Shown: piece after piece, positions 11,566 to 24,733 of the stretch | How the letters are laid out: each line of letters starts with the position of its first letter | Numbering within the stretch: position 1 is the stretch's first letter | Assembly (NCBI GenBank): GCA_963829055.1 | Contig: CAWHHI010000016.1 | Span: forward strand, 864,001-928,000 | From: an uncultured Gemmatimonadaceae bacterium | GTDB taxonomy: Bacteria; Gemmatimonadota; Gemmatimonadetes; Gemmatimonadales; Gemmatimonadaceae | Length of the DNA stretch: 64,000 bases | Direction: 5' to 3' | Position numbers and translations under genes: made by a program | The notes under the pieces: model-generated | The model's input: the letters and a program-made list of their open reading frames with translations, nothing else | Database searches by the model: none | What the model was told of the DNA's origin: nothing

Positions 11566-13818
11566 TCAACGCGCTCCGTCGCTCGTCGTCGCTGTCTGTG
11601 GCTTCTCGTCCTTCAGCCAGTACCCGAACCACTGCCGGATGCGCGCCCAGCCGATCGACCAGCAGCCACGGCTCGCCGGTTCGCGACAGGTCGTGCGTCG
11701 ACCGCGGATAGCGTAACGAGCTCCACCGGCACGCCCTGCTTCTTGAGCGCCATGAACCACAGGTCGGCGTTACCCATCGGCGTGCGGAAGTCTTCCTCGC
11801 TCTGCACGATCAGCGTCGGCGTGCGCACCTTCGCGACGTGACGGATCGGCGACAGTGAGTCGTACATCGCGAAGTTGTCCCACGGCTTGCCGTAGAACTC
11901 GAACTCCGTGAGGCCCTGCGCGTCCGACGCGCCGTACCAGTACGTCCACTCGCTGATCATGCGATCGGCTTCGGCCGCCTTGAAGCGATTCGTCTTCGTC
12001 GTGATCCACGCGGTCATGAAGCCGCCGTACGATCCGCCGGTGACGCCCATGCGCGTGGAATCGACGTCGGGCCGCTTGGCCACGATGTCCACCGCCTTCA
12101 TGAGATCCTCGTAGTCCTCGGCGCCCCAGCGACCGCGCGTGGCGTACGTGAAGTCACCGCCGTAGCCGCTCGAGCCGCGCGGGTTCGTGTACAGCACCCA
12201 GACGCCGGCGCCGGCGAGGCTCTGGAATTCGTCGAACCAGCCCTCGTTGTACTGCGAGTGCGGGCCGCCGTGGATGTAGAGCACGAGCGGATACTTCTTC
12301 CCCGCTTCGTAGCCGGCGGGCTTCATCAGCCACCCTTCGATCTCGAGGCCGCCGACCGACGGATACGTGAATCGCTCGGCGGTGCGACCAGGCGATCTCG
12401 CTGATTCAGCTTGTCGTTGAACGACGTGAGCTTCCGCTCGCCGGTACCGTCGGCGTTCGCGATGTAGAGCTCCGTCGGCACATCCACGCTCGTGGAGACG
12501 TAGGCGACCGTGCTTCTTCGCCGCGTCGAACGCGAAGCCGTTGAGCCGACGACGTCCGCCGAGCACTTCCTTCGACCTGCTTCGTGCGCGGGTCGAGCCG
12601 GAACAGTGCCGACCGTCCGCCGACCGACGCCGAGATCGCGATCTCGCCCGTGGGCAGCCACTCGTAGACGTCCGGCTCGTACTGCCACGTGCCTAACAAG
12701 TTCGCCGGCTCACCGCCGGCGACGTCGACCGCGTAGATGCGCGCGCGACGCGACGCGCGTCGGCGCCGCCACGAACGAGATCCGCTTCCCGTCCGGCGAC
12801 CAGCGCGAGGTCACCCTCGTTGCCCGCGAACGTCGTGACGCGACGCGGCTGCCCGCCAGTGACCGGCACGACGAAGATGTCCGCTTCGTTGCGCTGGCGC
12901 CTCGTCGCGCTTGGCGTCGTACGGGAGCCGCGCGAGCGAGTCGCGCTCCGCCTCCGACGACCGAATCCGGACGCAGCGCGGGGTCGGCCATGAACGCGAT
13001 CCACTTGCCGTCCGGCGACACGGTCGCGCCGCGGCGCGAGTACGACGTCGTATCGAGCAGGCGCTTCTTCGACCCGTCGAGCTTCTGCACCCAGATCTGC
13101 GCGGGGCGCCAGACGCGCGCCTCACGCGGCCCCGGGAACAAAGCCCTGCCCGTTCGCCTTGTACCGCATGTCGTAGATGTGGCGACCGTCGAATCGCTTG
13201 GGATCGAGCGGCTGCGTGATGGCGCCGTACGGTGGCCGCGCCATCGGCTGCATGGCCGCATACGGATCGCGCCGACGCGTCGAGTCCGCGCTCGAATCGG
13301 GCGTCACCGACTCGCTCCACACGGCGAAGCTCTTGTCGCGCGGCAGCGAGCCGTTCGGGTAGTCGTTCATCTCCGCCGCTTCGCCGCCCGGCTGGTCCAT
13401 GCGCAGCCCCCACGTGCGCGCCTTCGACCCGGGGCGCGTCGAGTTGAACAGCAGATACTTGCCGTCCGCGCGAGAAGCGCGGGTTCGAGCTCTCCGTGCT
13501 CGGCGACGTGTATCGCGTCGCCTCGCCGCCGGCGGCCGGCACGACCCACACCTCGTTGTGCCGCTTGTTCTCGCTCTCGCGAACCGTCGTGACCGTGAAC
13601 GCGACGAGCTTCCCGTCGGGCGAGACGGCCGGCGCGCTCAGCGTCGTGACCCTGTACCAATCGGCCGGCGTGAACGCGCGACGTCGCCCCGCTGGTCGGC
13701 GGCGTCATGACGGCGGCGGCGCGCGTCTGCGCTGCCAGCTGCGGATGCGAGCGCGACGTACGATGCGAGCAACGTCGCGATTGCGATGGCTAGCGAACGG
13801 AGTCGATGTTTGCTTCAC
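11566..13818 (-). CDS. S9 family (prolyl oligopeptidase/acylaminoacyl) peptidase with beta-propeller (many frameshifts; 3' end uncertain)
   Basis: Signal peptide; SPDGK repeats; [27 protein letters not shown] nucleophile elbow; SEEDFRTP. Confidence 0.93.
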
Positions 13819-13954
13819 GGTTGCTCCACGCTCGAGGTGAGTCGTTGGCGGTGCCCGGAATGTAGGGCGCGTAGCGCTATTGGCGAGTCCCGCCCTGCGC
13901 GCACGTGTGCCACGTCGTTTCCCGCACGTTCGCATCGAGGTCGGGTCCGCTCGC

Positions 13955-14770
13955 ATGCCGTTTCTTCGCTCGATCGCAGCCAAAGCATCGCTTGGGCGAC
14001 GCGCCGAAGACGTTTCCGTTCTCGGTGCCCGTCGTGCGTGCGCTCGAGACGCTCGAGCTTTCCGACGCGCGGTCACGTTCTTCGTCGGCGAGAACGGGTC
14101 CGGCAAGTCGACGTTGCTCGAAGGCAATCGCGGCGGCGGTTGGTCTGCCAACCGTTGGCAGCGACGCGGTGCGCGACGACGCCACGCTCGCGGCTCAGCG
14201 AGCGCTCGCCGCGCAGTCTGCGGCTTGTCGTGGTCGCGTCGCACGCACAAGGGCTTCTTTCTCCGCGCCGAGGACTTCTTCGGCTTCACGAAGTACGTCG
14301 CGCGGCTTCGCGCGGAGCTGCAGGGCCGACTGGCCGAGATCGACGTGGAGTACGCGACGCGTTCGGCGTACGCGCAAGGGCTGGCGAGCGGGACCGTCGG
14401 CCAGCGTCGCTGGCCGAGCTCGAGCAACGGTACGGCGTGGACCTCGACGCGAACTCGCACGGCGAGAGCTTTCTGCGGCTGTTCCGGTCACGGTTCGTGC
14501 CCGGCGGGCTGTACCTGCTGGACGAGCCCGAAGCGCCGCTGTCGCCGCAGAGCCAGCTCGGGCTCATCGCGATGCTGAAGGACATGGTGAGCGAGGACGC
14601 GCAGTTCATCATCGCGACGCATTCGCCGATCCTGCTCGCGTTTCCCGGACGCCACCATCTACACGTTCGACGACCAGCCGCCGCGAACGGTCGAGTACGA
14701 GGAGCTCGAGCACGTGCGCCTGACGCGGGATTTTCTGAACGATCCGGATGCTTTTCTTCGTCACCTGTAA
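13955..14770 (+). CDS. Predicted P-loop ATPase (AAA_21/COG3910-like)
   Basis: [58 protein letters not shown]. Confidence 0.88.
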
Positions 14771-15038
14771 CACATCCGGCGGCGGCATGGCCAGTACCAA
14801 GTGCGTCAGCGACTGCTCAGAGCAGGTGTCAGGCATCAGGCCCGTATCCGCGGCTTGGGTCGCGCGGTGCTGCGGCGGACTGGCGACTGGGCTCGGAGAC
14901 TGATGCCTGAACCTCCTACTAAAACTGAGTGCTGAGTGCTGGCCAGGCCGCCGGAGATGCCAGCAACTCCGGCGTCAAGCCGACGAACGGTCGCTCGGAG
15001 CGCTGAACCGTGCATAGATTGAACGCACCTTCATTCGC

Positions 15039-15523
15039 GTGAGCACCACATGGCCGGCTTCTCTGGCGCGCGACTTCTCTCGTTATGGCGCATGCTCAGC
15101 CCGTGGCCCGGCGGCCGTTGGCTGTTCAGCGTCATCGTCGGCCGCACCGCGCCGTACACCGGGACCATCGGCGCGCGAATCATCGAGCTTCGACCCGGGC
15201 TACGCGCGCGCCGAGATGCGCGACCGTCGCATCGTGCGGAATCACCTCAAGTCCGTGCACGCCGTCGCGCTCGTGAACTTCGCGGAAGTGACGAGCGGGC
15301 TCGCGATGCTCACCGGGCTCCCACCGACATTGCGCGCGATCGTCGTCGGACTCTCGATCGACTATCTGAAGAAAGCCCGCGGCACGCTCGTCGCCGAGTC
15401 GACGGTGGATCTCCCGCCGATCACGGAATCGCGCGAGATCCAGATCCACGCGTCCATCCGCGACGCCGCCAGCGACGTCGTGGCGCGCGCGACCGTGCGG
15501 TGGCGCGTGGGCCCGGCGACTCG

Positions 15524-15527
<4 letters not shown>
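15039..15527 (+). CDS. Hotdog-fold / PaaI-like (DUF4442-type) protein
   Basis: [42 protein letters not shown]. Confidence 0.85.
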
Positions 15528-17191
<1,664 letters not shown>

Positions 17192-17279
17192 GACGCGTGG
17201 GAGTAGGAGTGTCAGCGGCGCAAGCTACTCGTGCCCGGACGACAGTCCAAGTCTCGGCCGTACGCGGCGCGGGGCCGGA

Positions 17280-17942
17280 TCAGCGACGCGTCGATCGTTT
17301 CGACGTCGAGCCGCGAGCCTTTGTGCGTCGCGATTTGTTGAGCCGAGCGAAGTCGATGTCCCCGGAGGAGACGATCTCCGCCTTCAGCACGCGCCGCATG
17401 TGAGCCAGCGCTTCGCGATGCGCCGGAACCGTGACGGCGGTAACGCAGTCGCGCGGGATGATCACCTCGAGGTCGCGCATATACGCATCCGCGGCCGTGA
17501 ACAGCACGCACGACATCGGTCGCCATCCCGGTGATGATGAGCGATCTTCGACCTGAAGGTATTCGAGCAGCAGATCGAGCGTGGTGTTGAAGAAGCCCGA
17601 GTGCTTCGGCTTGAGCACGAAGTAGTCCGCCTCGTCAGGCACCAGCATGCTCGACGACGGGTCGGCCGCGAACGTCCGTCGTCGAGACAGTGCGCGACGG
17701 TGCGGCGGAAGTCGGACCGCCACCGACCGAAGTTGTCGTTCACGTAGACCACCGGCACTCCCGACGCTCCGATGCCTTCGCCTTGAGCGCGGCGATACGA
17801 CGGGCCATCCGGATCGCGCGCGGGAGCATTCCGGCGCCCCCCTCGAACTCGAGATCGTTCACGACATCGAGGATGAGCAGAGCAACGCGGAGACGAGTCC
17901 GGGCGCGTTGCCGTGAAGATCGGTGTTACGATGAGCAGGCAT
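17280..17942 (-). CDS. Isochorismatase family cysteine hydrolase
   Basis: ALLILDVVNDLEF, VPVVYVNDNFGRWRSDF, LKPKHSGFF, CVLFTAADAYMRD. Confidence 0.88.
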
Positions 17943-18075
17943 GAGAAGAGTCTAACAACGGTGATGCGTCGCGCTGCCTGACGAGTCGATCGCATCATGC
18001 ACGTTCGCTACGATCGCAACACCGCGGCCATAGTTAGGACGGCAACTATTATAGATGCGCTACGAAGTCCGTACT

Positions 18076-18913
18076 CTACGCGGCGCCCAACCGAGAGGCG
18101 CAATCAGCGGAGATCCGCTCAGGCAGATGCGGCGCTGCGCGACGGGTGGAGACGAGCGTCTGGCGGAACGCGTGCAGCACGCAGCGAAGGCCGCCGTTCT
18201 CCCGCACTTCGCGCGGCGACAGTCCCGTGTATCGCTTGAGCATGTTGCGCAGCGACGCGGCCGACGAGAAGTCGAGCAGCAGCGCGATCTGCTCGACGGA
18301 GCGCGCGGGGTCCTCGAGCATCTGCGCCGCGAGCGTGAGGCGGCACCACGCGATCATCGCGCTCGGCGTCGGCAGTCCGCGCGGTCGCGAGTCGGTCGAC
18401 GAGCGTCTTGCGATGCACGCCGAGCGCGGCGGCGGCGTCGGCGACCGTGACTGCCTGACGAGCGTGCTCGAGCGAGTAGCGGAGAAACGGGACGACGCTC
18501 GGTGGCACGAGCGGTGCGATCGCTTCGAGCACGTGCTTCGCTCCGCAGTGTTCCTGCGCCGTCGTGATGACGGAGCGAAGCGCGACGCCGACATCATCGA
18601 CGCCACGAAGGATTAGATCATTCACACCCGCGCGCGCGAGCGCGAGAATCTCGCGCGATGAGTCGGGAGAGAGCGCGCAGTACGCGACGACGGGCACGCT
18701 CGGAAATCCTTCGCGAATGGTCCGGACCATTCCGAGTGTCGGAGCGCCGGTGCGATCGCGCAGATCGACGACGGCGACACCAACGAGCCCTTCCGTCACG
18801 AGCGCGAGCAGTTCGTCTTGCTGATCGCAGGTTCGAACAGCAGCATAACCGCGAAGCGCTTCCTGAATGCGCGCGCGTGCGGCCAGCTCGCGAACCAAAA
18901 CCGCGACGATCAC
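18076..18913 (-). CDS. AraC-family transcriptional regulator with receiver-like N-terminal domain
   Basis: VAVVDLRD...PSVPVVAY...AGVNDLI (receiver-like); VTVADAAAALGVHRKTL; SVEQIALLLDFSSAASLRNMLKRYTGLSPREVR (AraC HTH). Confidence 0.9.
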
Positions 18914-18942
18914 CGCAAATAATTCGGACTTGGGTTACATGG

Positions 18943-18963
18943 CGTATGGGCATTGCCCATACG
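18943..18963. promoter_or_regulatory. Perfect operator-like palindrome CGTATGGGCA-T-TGCCCATACG
   Basis: 10-bp arms with 1-nt spacer, in the short divergent intergenic region between the AraC gene and the small ORF. Confidence 0.6.
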
Positions 18964-19031
18964 ATGTCGGTCGCCGGTCACGCGACGTGGTAAATGTATC
19001 GCGCCAACCCCACCCCACACTGGAGCGATAC

Positions 19032-19198
19032 ATGTCCCGCACGATCCGCTACGCTGTTCTCTCCCTCGCCGTTGCCGCGACCGACTGCATGCTCGAGCTC
19101 GGTTACCGAACCGACCGCCGCCCGAAGTGCACTAGCGAAGTCCACAGAACGCGTCGCAGTCGTGCGTGTCGTTGGACTTTATCAATCCTAAGGTGTAA
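19032..19198 (+). CDS. Small lipoprotein-type peptide precursor (~50-55 aa; frame disturbed by indels)
   Basis: GGAG at 19022 then ATG; MSRTIRYAVLSLAVAA(T)TACSSSVTEPTAA...; C-terminus either ...VVGLYQS* (19190) or ...QNASQSCVSLDFINPKV* (19198). Confidence 0.6.
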
Positions 19199-20471
19199 GC
19201 GCGAGAGCGCAGCGATCCGGCTCGGTCTCGAGCGCTTCGAGCGACTGGATCACCTGCAGCGACGCGTCGCTCAACGGAGCCTTCGCACGCGTTACGCGCT
19301 GGCTGAGTCGCAGGTATCGCCTTCGGTTCGGTCGCCAGCACGATTTCGAAGAATCCATTCTTGCGCGCCAGCGCACGCGCGCGAAGCCGGTACTCCTCCG
19401 CGCGCGCGGCGTCGCCGACGATGTCGAACGCGTCAGTACAGCGAACTGAGCACGCCGGCGCTCTCGTACGGCAGCGCCGTCGCGGACGAGCGAGTCCTCC
19501 GCCACACGCGCGACCGCGGCGACGAGCTGCGGAGTCGCCGACGCGTCGCCGACGCCACCGCAGCGCCGCCGAGCACGGCAGGCGGAAACGCGTGGAGTCG
19601 GGTCCGCGACGAGCGATGCGAGAAACCCTCGCAGCGCTGCCCGCGGCGTGACCCGCGACCAGGCTCACCTGCGATAGGTTGATCAGGATCTCGGCCTGAC
19701 GATCGGCGTTGCCCTGCGCGAGCTCGTAGCGCTGCCCACCCATGCACGAGCGCCGTGTCTGAGATCGCCCGCCGTGCTGGCCGCGATGAGCAGCCCCTGG
19801 TGCCCGACGCCGCGAGACTCGGACAGGCCAACGTTCTCGGCGCAGCGCGAGGCCCTCGCGCAGACGCGTCGCGCGCCTTCGGGTAGTTGCCGCGAACACG
19901 CGCCGTGACGCCCTTGCCGAGCAGCGCGCGCGCCTGGAGTTCCGGTTCTCCGAATCGATCACCAGCGAGCGCGACGCCTCGTAGAGCTCGTCGGCGCTGT
20001 CGAGATCGCCGAGCGTGCGGCGATACCCACGCCTGGTCGGCCATCGCGAGACCCAGGTCGCGATGCGGCGCAGCCGTTGCAGCAGTGCGCACATGACCCG
20101 AGCGTGCTGAACGCGAGCCAGAGCGCGCCTGCGTCCGCCATCTGGTCTGCGAGGACGCGCGCCGAGTCCACGACCTCGCTCGCCGCGCGCGCCGTGTCGA
20201 TCAGCGGAAGCGCTCCGCGCAAGCGCGCGAGCTGCGAGACCATGGCCGCTTCTTCCGGCGTATCCGGCGAGACCGTGCTCGCGAGATCGCCGATCGCCGA
20301 CGCGCAGTTCTCCGCGATCGAGCGGCGCGCATCACCCTGCGCGCGCGAGAGGCGGTGCAGGCAATGCGCGACGAGCAGCCACACCGTGTCCGAGCGCCCG
20401 AAATCCGTCCGATTCGGGTGTCGACTCAGATCAGCGCGGTACGCTTCGAGCGGCGACTGGAGAGGAAGCAT
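19188..20471 (-). CDS. TPR-like all-helical protein (frameshifted)
   Basis: RTLGDLDSADELYE, QARALLGKGVTARVRGNYPKAR, QAEILINLSQVSL, GDAARAEEYRLRARALARKNGFFEIV. Confidence 0.75.
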
Positions 20472-20924
20472 TCGTACCCGGAGAAAGAAGGCGAAGCTAA
20501 GATTGGATATCGCGCTCTTTCGCACAAGGACGCATTACCACGACTCCTGCCGCATCGTGACGACCGTCCTGTGCGTTTGAAACAGACGACCGGTGATGGA
20601 GATCGCAATCACACGGCCCGGATGCGGATCGTCGCCGAGTGTCGGCGCGACACGCGACACAACTTCAGTCTTTCGAGGACGATTGCTTCACGCAAACGAT
20701 GCAATCTCCGGTCTCCACCGAACACTTCACGTGACATGGCAACGCGCAACGGACTGCGCATCACACGATGTGCACGTCATTGGCGTTTACTCATACGACG
20801 ACGTGCTCAACGCCACGCCGGAGTCGCATTGAGCCGGCCGACCCGATATGATGCCGTTCAGCAGCACGACGAAACCGTGAGCCCGTCAGCCCCGTGTACG
20901 TAGCGCGTCAACCCTGGAGCCTTC

Positions 20925-21515
20925 ATGACGCCGACCGCCCGTTCGAACATCGATGCGAACACCCATGACAGCCTCGATTCGCTGGGCACCACCATGATCG
21001 AGGACACCCTGCTCACATTCCGTCGGCAGAAGGAGCTCGCCGAGCGCGCGCTCGTCGCAGGTCGACGATCGAGGATTTCTTTCGCACTATCGATGCCGAA
21101 TCGAACAGCATCGCGATCATCGTGAAGCACGTCGGTGGAAATCTGAAGTCCCGCTGGACCGATTTCCTCACGACCGACGGCGAGAAGCCGGAGCGCGATC
21201 GTGACGGAGAGTTCATCGTGGCAGACGAGACGAGCCGCGCGCGCGATCATGGGGATCTGTGGAACGCCGGATGGGCGGCACTGTTCAATACGTTCTCCCA
21301 GCTCCGCCCTGCCGATCTCCTGGCGACCGTTCACGTGCGCGGTGAGTCGCTGACCGCCGTCGCGGCAATGCACCGCTCGGTGGCGCACATCGCCCAACAC
21401 GTCGGCCAGATCGTACTGCTCGCCAAGCACTACCGCGTCTGCCGATTGGAAAACACTAAGCATTCCCCGAGGGCAGTCGGCAAACGTGGCATCCTCGGCG
21501 TCGACTCCTCGATAG
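20925..21515 (+). CDS. DinB-superfamily (DUF1572-like) protein
   Basis: KELAERAL, SNSIAIIVKHVGGNLKSRWTDFLTTDGEKPERDRDGEF, HIAQHVGQIVLLAK. Confidence 0.88.
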
Positions 21516-21574
21516 GCATCCCGCAGGGTCGCTCCTCTCCGGCTCCTGCTCATCCCTCACGCTGCTACGAGTCC

Positions 21575-21847
21575 ATGAAACGTGGAACGCTGATCGGCAT
21601 CGTCGTCGCCGCGATCTTCGCGAGCTTTCTCCTCTGGTCCACGCTCTCGGCGCAGAAGACGTCGACTGCGAGGCGTGCGTCCAGTTCTCCGGGAAGCAGA
21701 ACTGCGCGAAGGCATCCGGCACCTCGGAGGCCGAGGCGCTACGCACGGCGGTCTCCACTGCGTGCGGGCCTGTCACGCAGGGAATGAACGAGTCCATTGC
21801 CTGCCAGAATCGGCCGCCGGTCAGTCCAGCGGTGCAAGACTCGTTAG
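21575..21847 (+). CDS. Small membrane-anchored Cys-rich hypothetical protein (frameshifted)
   Basis: MKRGTLIGIVVAAIFASFLLWSTLSAQ..DCEACVQFSGKQNCAKASG...TACGPVTQGMNESIACQNRPP..RCKTR*. Confidence 0.6.
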
Positions 21848-22700
21848 GGTACCGTGGCGTTGGCGGGCGCGCGAGGAGGCGGCGGCAGTTGCCGGACACG
21901 CGCCTGAAATTCGTGAAACGTCGGGTCATCGCGGACGAGCGTCCGACCGTCGGCGCGCGACGATGATCGGATCACACGCACGACCGCCGCGATGCGATCC
22001 TCCTCCATCGGGTGCGACGCGAACCAGCCCTCGACCATGTCGGGTCGCTGATCGCGCGTCTCGAGGAGCTTCGCGAACATTGTCGCGATGCCCTGCGGAT
22101 CATAGCCGGCGCGCGACACGATGCCGACGGCCGCCGAATCCGCCTCGAGCTCGTCGCTGCGACTGAACCGCGCGAACAGCGCGGCGCCACCCACGTCGAT
22201 CGCGACGCGGGCGGCCTCGCTCGAGCAGATGTTCGTGAGCCCGCACACCACGGATACGCCCACGTTCGTCTTCTGCTGCTTCTCGATGCGCTCGGCCGAG
22301 TGGCGCAGGAGCACGTGCCCGATCTCGTGTCCGAGCACGCCCGCCAGCTCCGAGCTCGACGTCGCGCGCTCGATGAGTCCACGGTTCACGTAGACGAAGC
22401 CACCGGGCAGCGCGAACGCGTTGAGGACCTCGGCGTCCACGATACGAAAGCGCCAGTCACGATTGCGGTCGTCACTCGCGGTGGCGAGCGCCGTCCCCAG
22501 GTTCGTCACGTAGCTGTTCGCGGCATCATCGGCGACCATCGGCACCTCGCGCTCGATCTGCGCCGCAGCCTCCTGGCCGAGTGCTTTCTCCTGCTCATCG
22601 CCGACGGTACACGCGACGCATCGCCATCGCGATGCCGGCAACGAGTACCGCGGCCCGGGCAGTGTTCGGCAATTCCCTTTCTCCCCTTGGGGTGTCGTCG
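21844..22700 (-). CDS. M48 (BepA/YfgC-like) metalloprotease (start approximate)
   Basis: LNAFALPGGFVYVNRGLI, ELAGVLGHEIGHV, FSRSDELEAD, SHPMEEDRI. Confidence 0.92.
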
Positions 22701-22761
22701 CCCGAGATGGGCAAGACACGTTCCCCGTACAGCTCGGCCTCGAGCAGTAGCCAGCGGAGCG

Positions 22762-23332
22762 TCAGCGATTGTAGATCGGACCACCGCGCTCGAGATACAG
22801 ATCGAACACGGCGTTCGCCTCGCTCCGCAGCACGCCGCGCTTCGATCACAATCCCGCGGTCCTCGAGGTACTCGTAGGACTCGGGGAACACCGGCCCCTC
22901 GTCGAAGCTCAGACGCGAGGCGTCCTCGCGCGTCGCCGCGAAAACAAGTCGGCTCACGCCACCCCAGAGCGTCGCGCCCAGGCACATTGCGCACGGCTCG
23001 CACGACGAGAACAGCTCGTGGCGAGGCTTGCCGTCGTTCTGAAGCGTGAAGCTCCCGACGTGCGCCTGCGCCATCATCAGCGCGACGACTTCCGCATGCG
23101 CGCTCGAATTGTTGAGGCGGACGACTCCGTTGGTGCCGACCCCGACCAATCGACCCGTGCCAGCCTCGAATACCGCGGCGCCGAATGGCCCGCCGGTGTT
23201 GCGGAGGACGTTCTCGCGCGCAAGTTCGATGGCGACGCGAATCCTCGCTTCGTCATCGGGGTACGGACGGTTGACGTCCACCGTCTCGCGCACCCAATCG
23301 GGATTCGTTATGCGGATCTCGGACGTGTGCAT
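22762..23332 (-). CDS. Nucleoside/guanine deaminase family protein
   Basis: GGPFGAAV, SAHAEVVA, SCEPCAMCLGA. Confidence 0.9.
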
Positions 23333-23471
23333 GTCACGTGCATTGTGCGGAGTGGGCGGCAGAATCGCTCAATTGAACTGGTCGCTCGTAAAACAGGCAA
23401 CCCCAGCCGCGCGCTCGCTCCGAGACCGAGGTCTCCGGAACGAGTCCACGACTGCGATCGTCTCGAACACG

Positions 23472-24726
23472 ATGATCCTCACGCTCCTCATCTCCGCGCT
23501 CGCATTCGGCGACACCACCGCCCTGCGCCGTCGTCCGCCGGCGGAAGTCGGGATGGACGCCGGTCGTCTCGTCCTGATCGATCGCGCGGTGAAGCAGGGG
23601 TTGGCGGCCGGCGGCTTTCCCGGTGCGGCCGTCGTTGTCGGACGACGCGGGGCGATCGTCTGGGAAAAGGGCTATGGGTCCGCCGATTGGGGCTTCGGTC
23701 TACCACCGGTGCGTCCGCCACAGCGACGATGTACGACATCGCGTCGCTCACGAAGGTCGTCGCCACGAGTGCGGCGGCGATGGTCCTGTACGATCGCGGG
23801 AAGCTCAAGCTCGACGTGCCGGTCTCGCGTTACCTGCCGGAATTCCGCGGTGGCGACAAGGGTCGGGTGACGGTACGCGAGCTGCTGACACACCGCTCCG
23901 GCCTTCCCGCGGGACGCGACCTGCGAGGCGCGCATAACGCGCGTCAGGCACGACGCCTCATTCTCGAAACGCCGCTCGATGCCATACCCGGCTCACGCAC
24001 CGAATACTCTGACGTCGGCGCGGACGTGCTCGGGCTTCGTCGTCGAAGCGGTTGCGGGCGAGCGGTTCGACCAGTTCGTATCGCGCACCATCTATCAGCG
24101 CCTCGGACTGCAAAACACGCTGTTCGTGCCCGGCCGCGACCGACGCGCGCGCATCGCGCCAACGGAGAACTTTCCGCCGCGCGGGTATCCGCTGCGCGGC
24201 GAGGTACACGACGACGCCGCATTCGCGCTCGGCGGCGTTGCCGGTCACGCCGGTCTGTTCGCGACCGCCAGCGACCTCGCGGTGTTCGCGCAGATGATGC
24301 TCAACGGCGGGACGTACAACGGCGTGCGCATCGTGAGCGACACGACGGTCGCACGCTTCACGCAACGAACCGTCGGCTCGCGCGCACTCGGCTGGGATAC
24401 GTGCATCGGCGGCGGCGAGCTGCGGCTTCTACTTCGGGCCCCGCGCGTACGGGCACACGGGCTACACCGGCACGTCGCTGTGGATCGACCCCGATCGGCA
24501 GGTGTTCGTGATCGTGCTGACGAACTGGGTGCACGCGGCTCCGAGCGCGCGCGTGGCACCCATCGCGGTGCTCGCGGACGTGCGGAGCGACATCGCCGAC
24601 ATCGCGGCGCTCTCCATTGTGGACGGCGCGTCAGGCGCGCTTCCCATGCCCGACCGCCTGCGCGCAGACCGGCAGATCGGCTGGAAGCGCGAGAACTACA
24701 TCTCGACCGGCGGCGACCCGCGTTAG
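23472..24726 (+). CDS. Serine hydrolase, beta-lactamase family (frameshifted)
   Basis: YDIASLTK (SxxK), LLTHRSGL, YSD, LRGEVHD, GGVAGHAGLF, GHTGYTGT. Confidence 0.9.
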
Positions 24727-24733
24727 GCCCGCG

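Noticed and set aside
13955..14770. ATPase as part of an anti-phage defence system
   Set aside because: There is no adjacent nuclease or effector gene; it looks like a stand-alone COG3910-type ATPase.
23472..24726. Serine hydrolases (also 51328-52454) as antibiotic-resistance beta-lactamases
   Set aside because: They show only generic SxxK family motifs, typical of esterases and peptidases, and have no mobile context.
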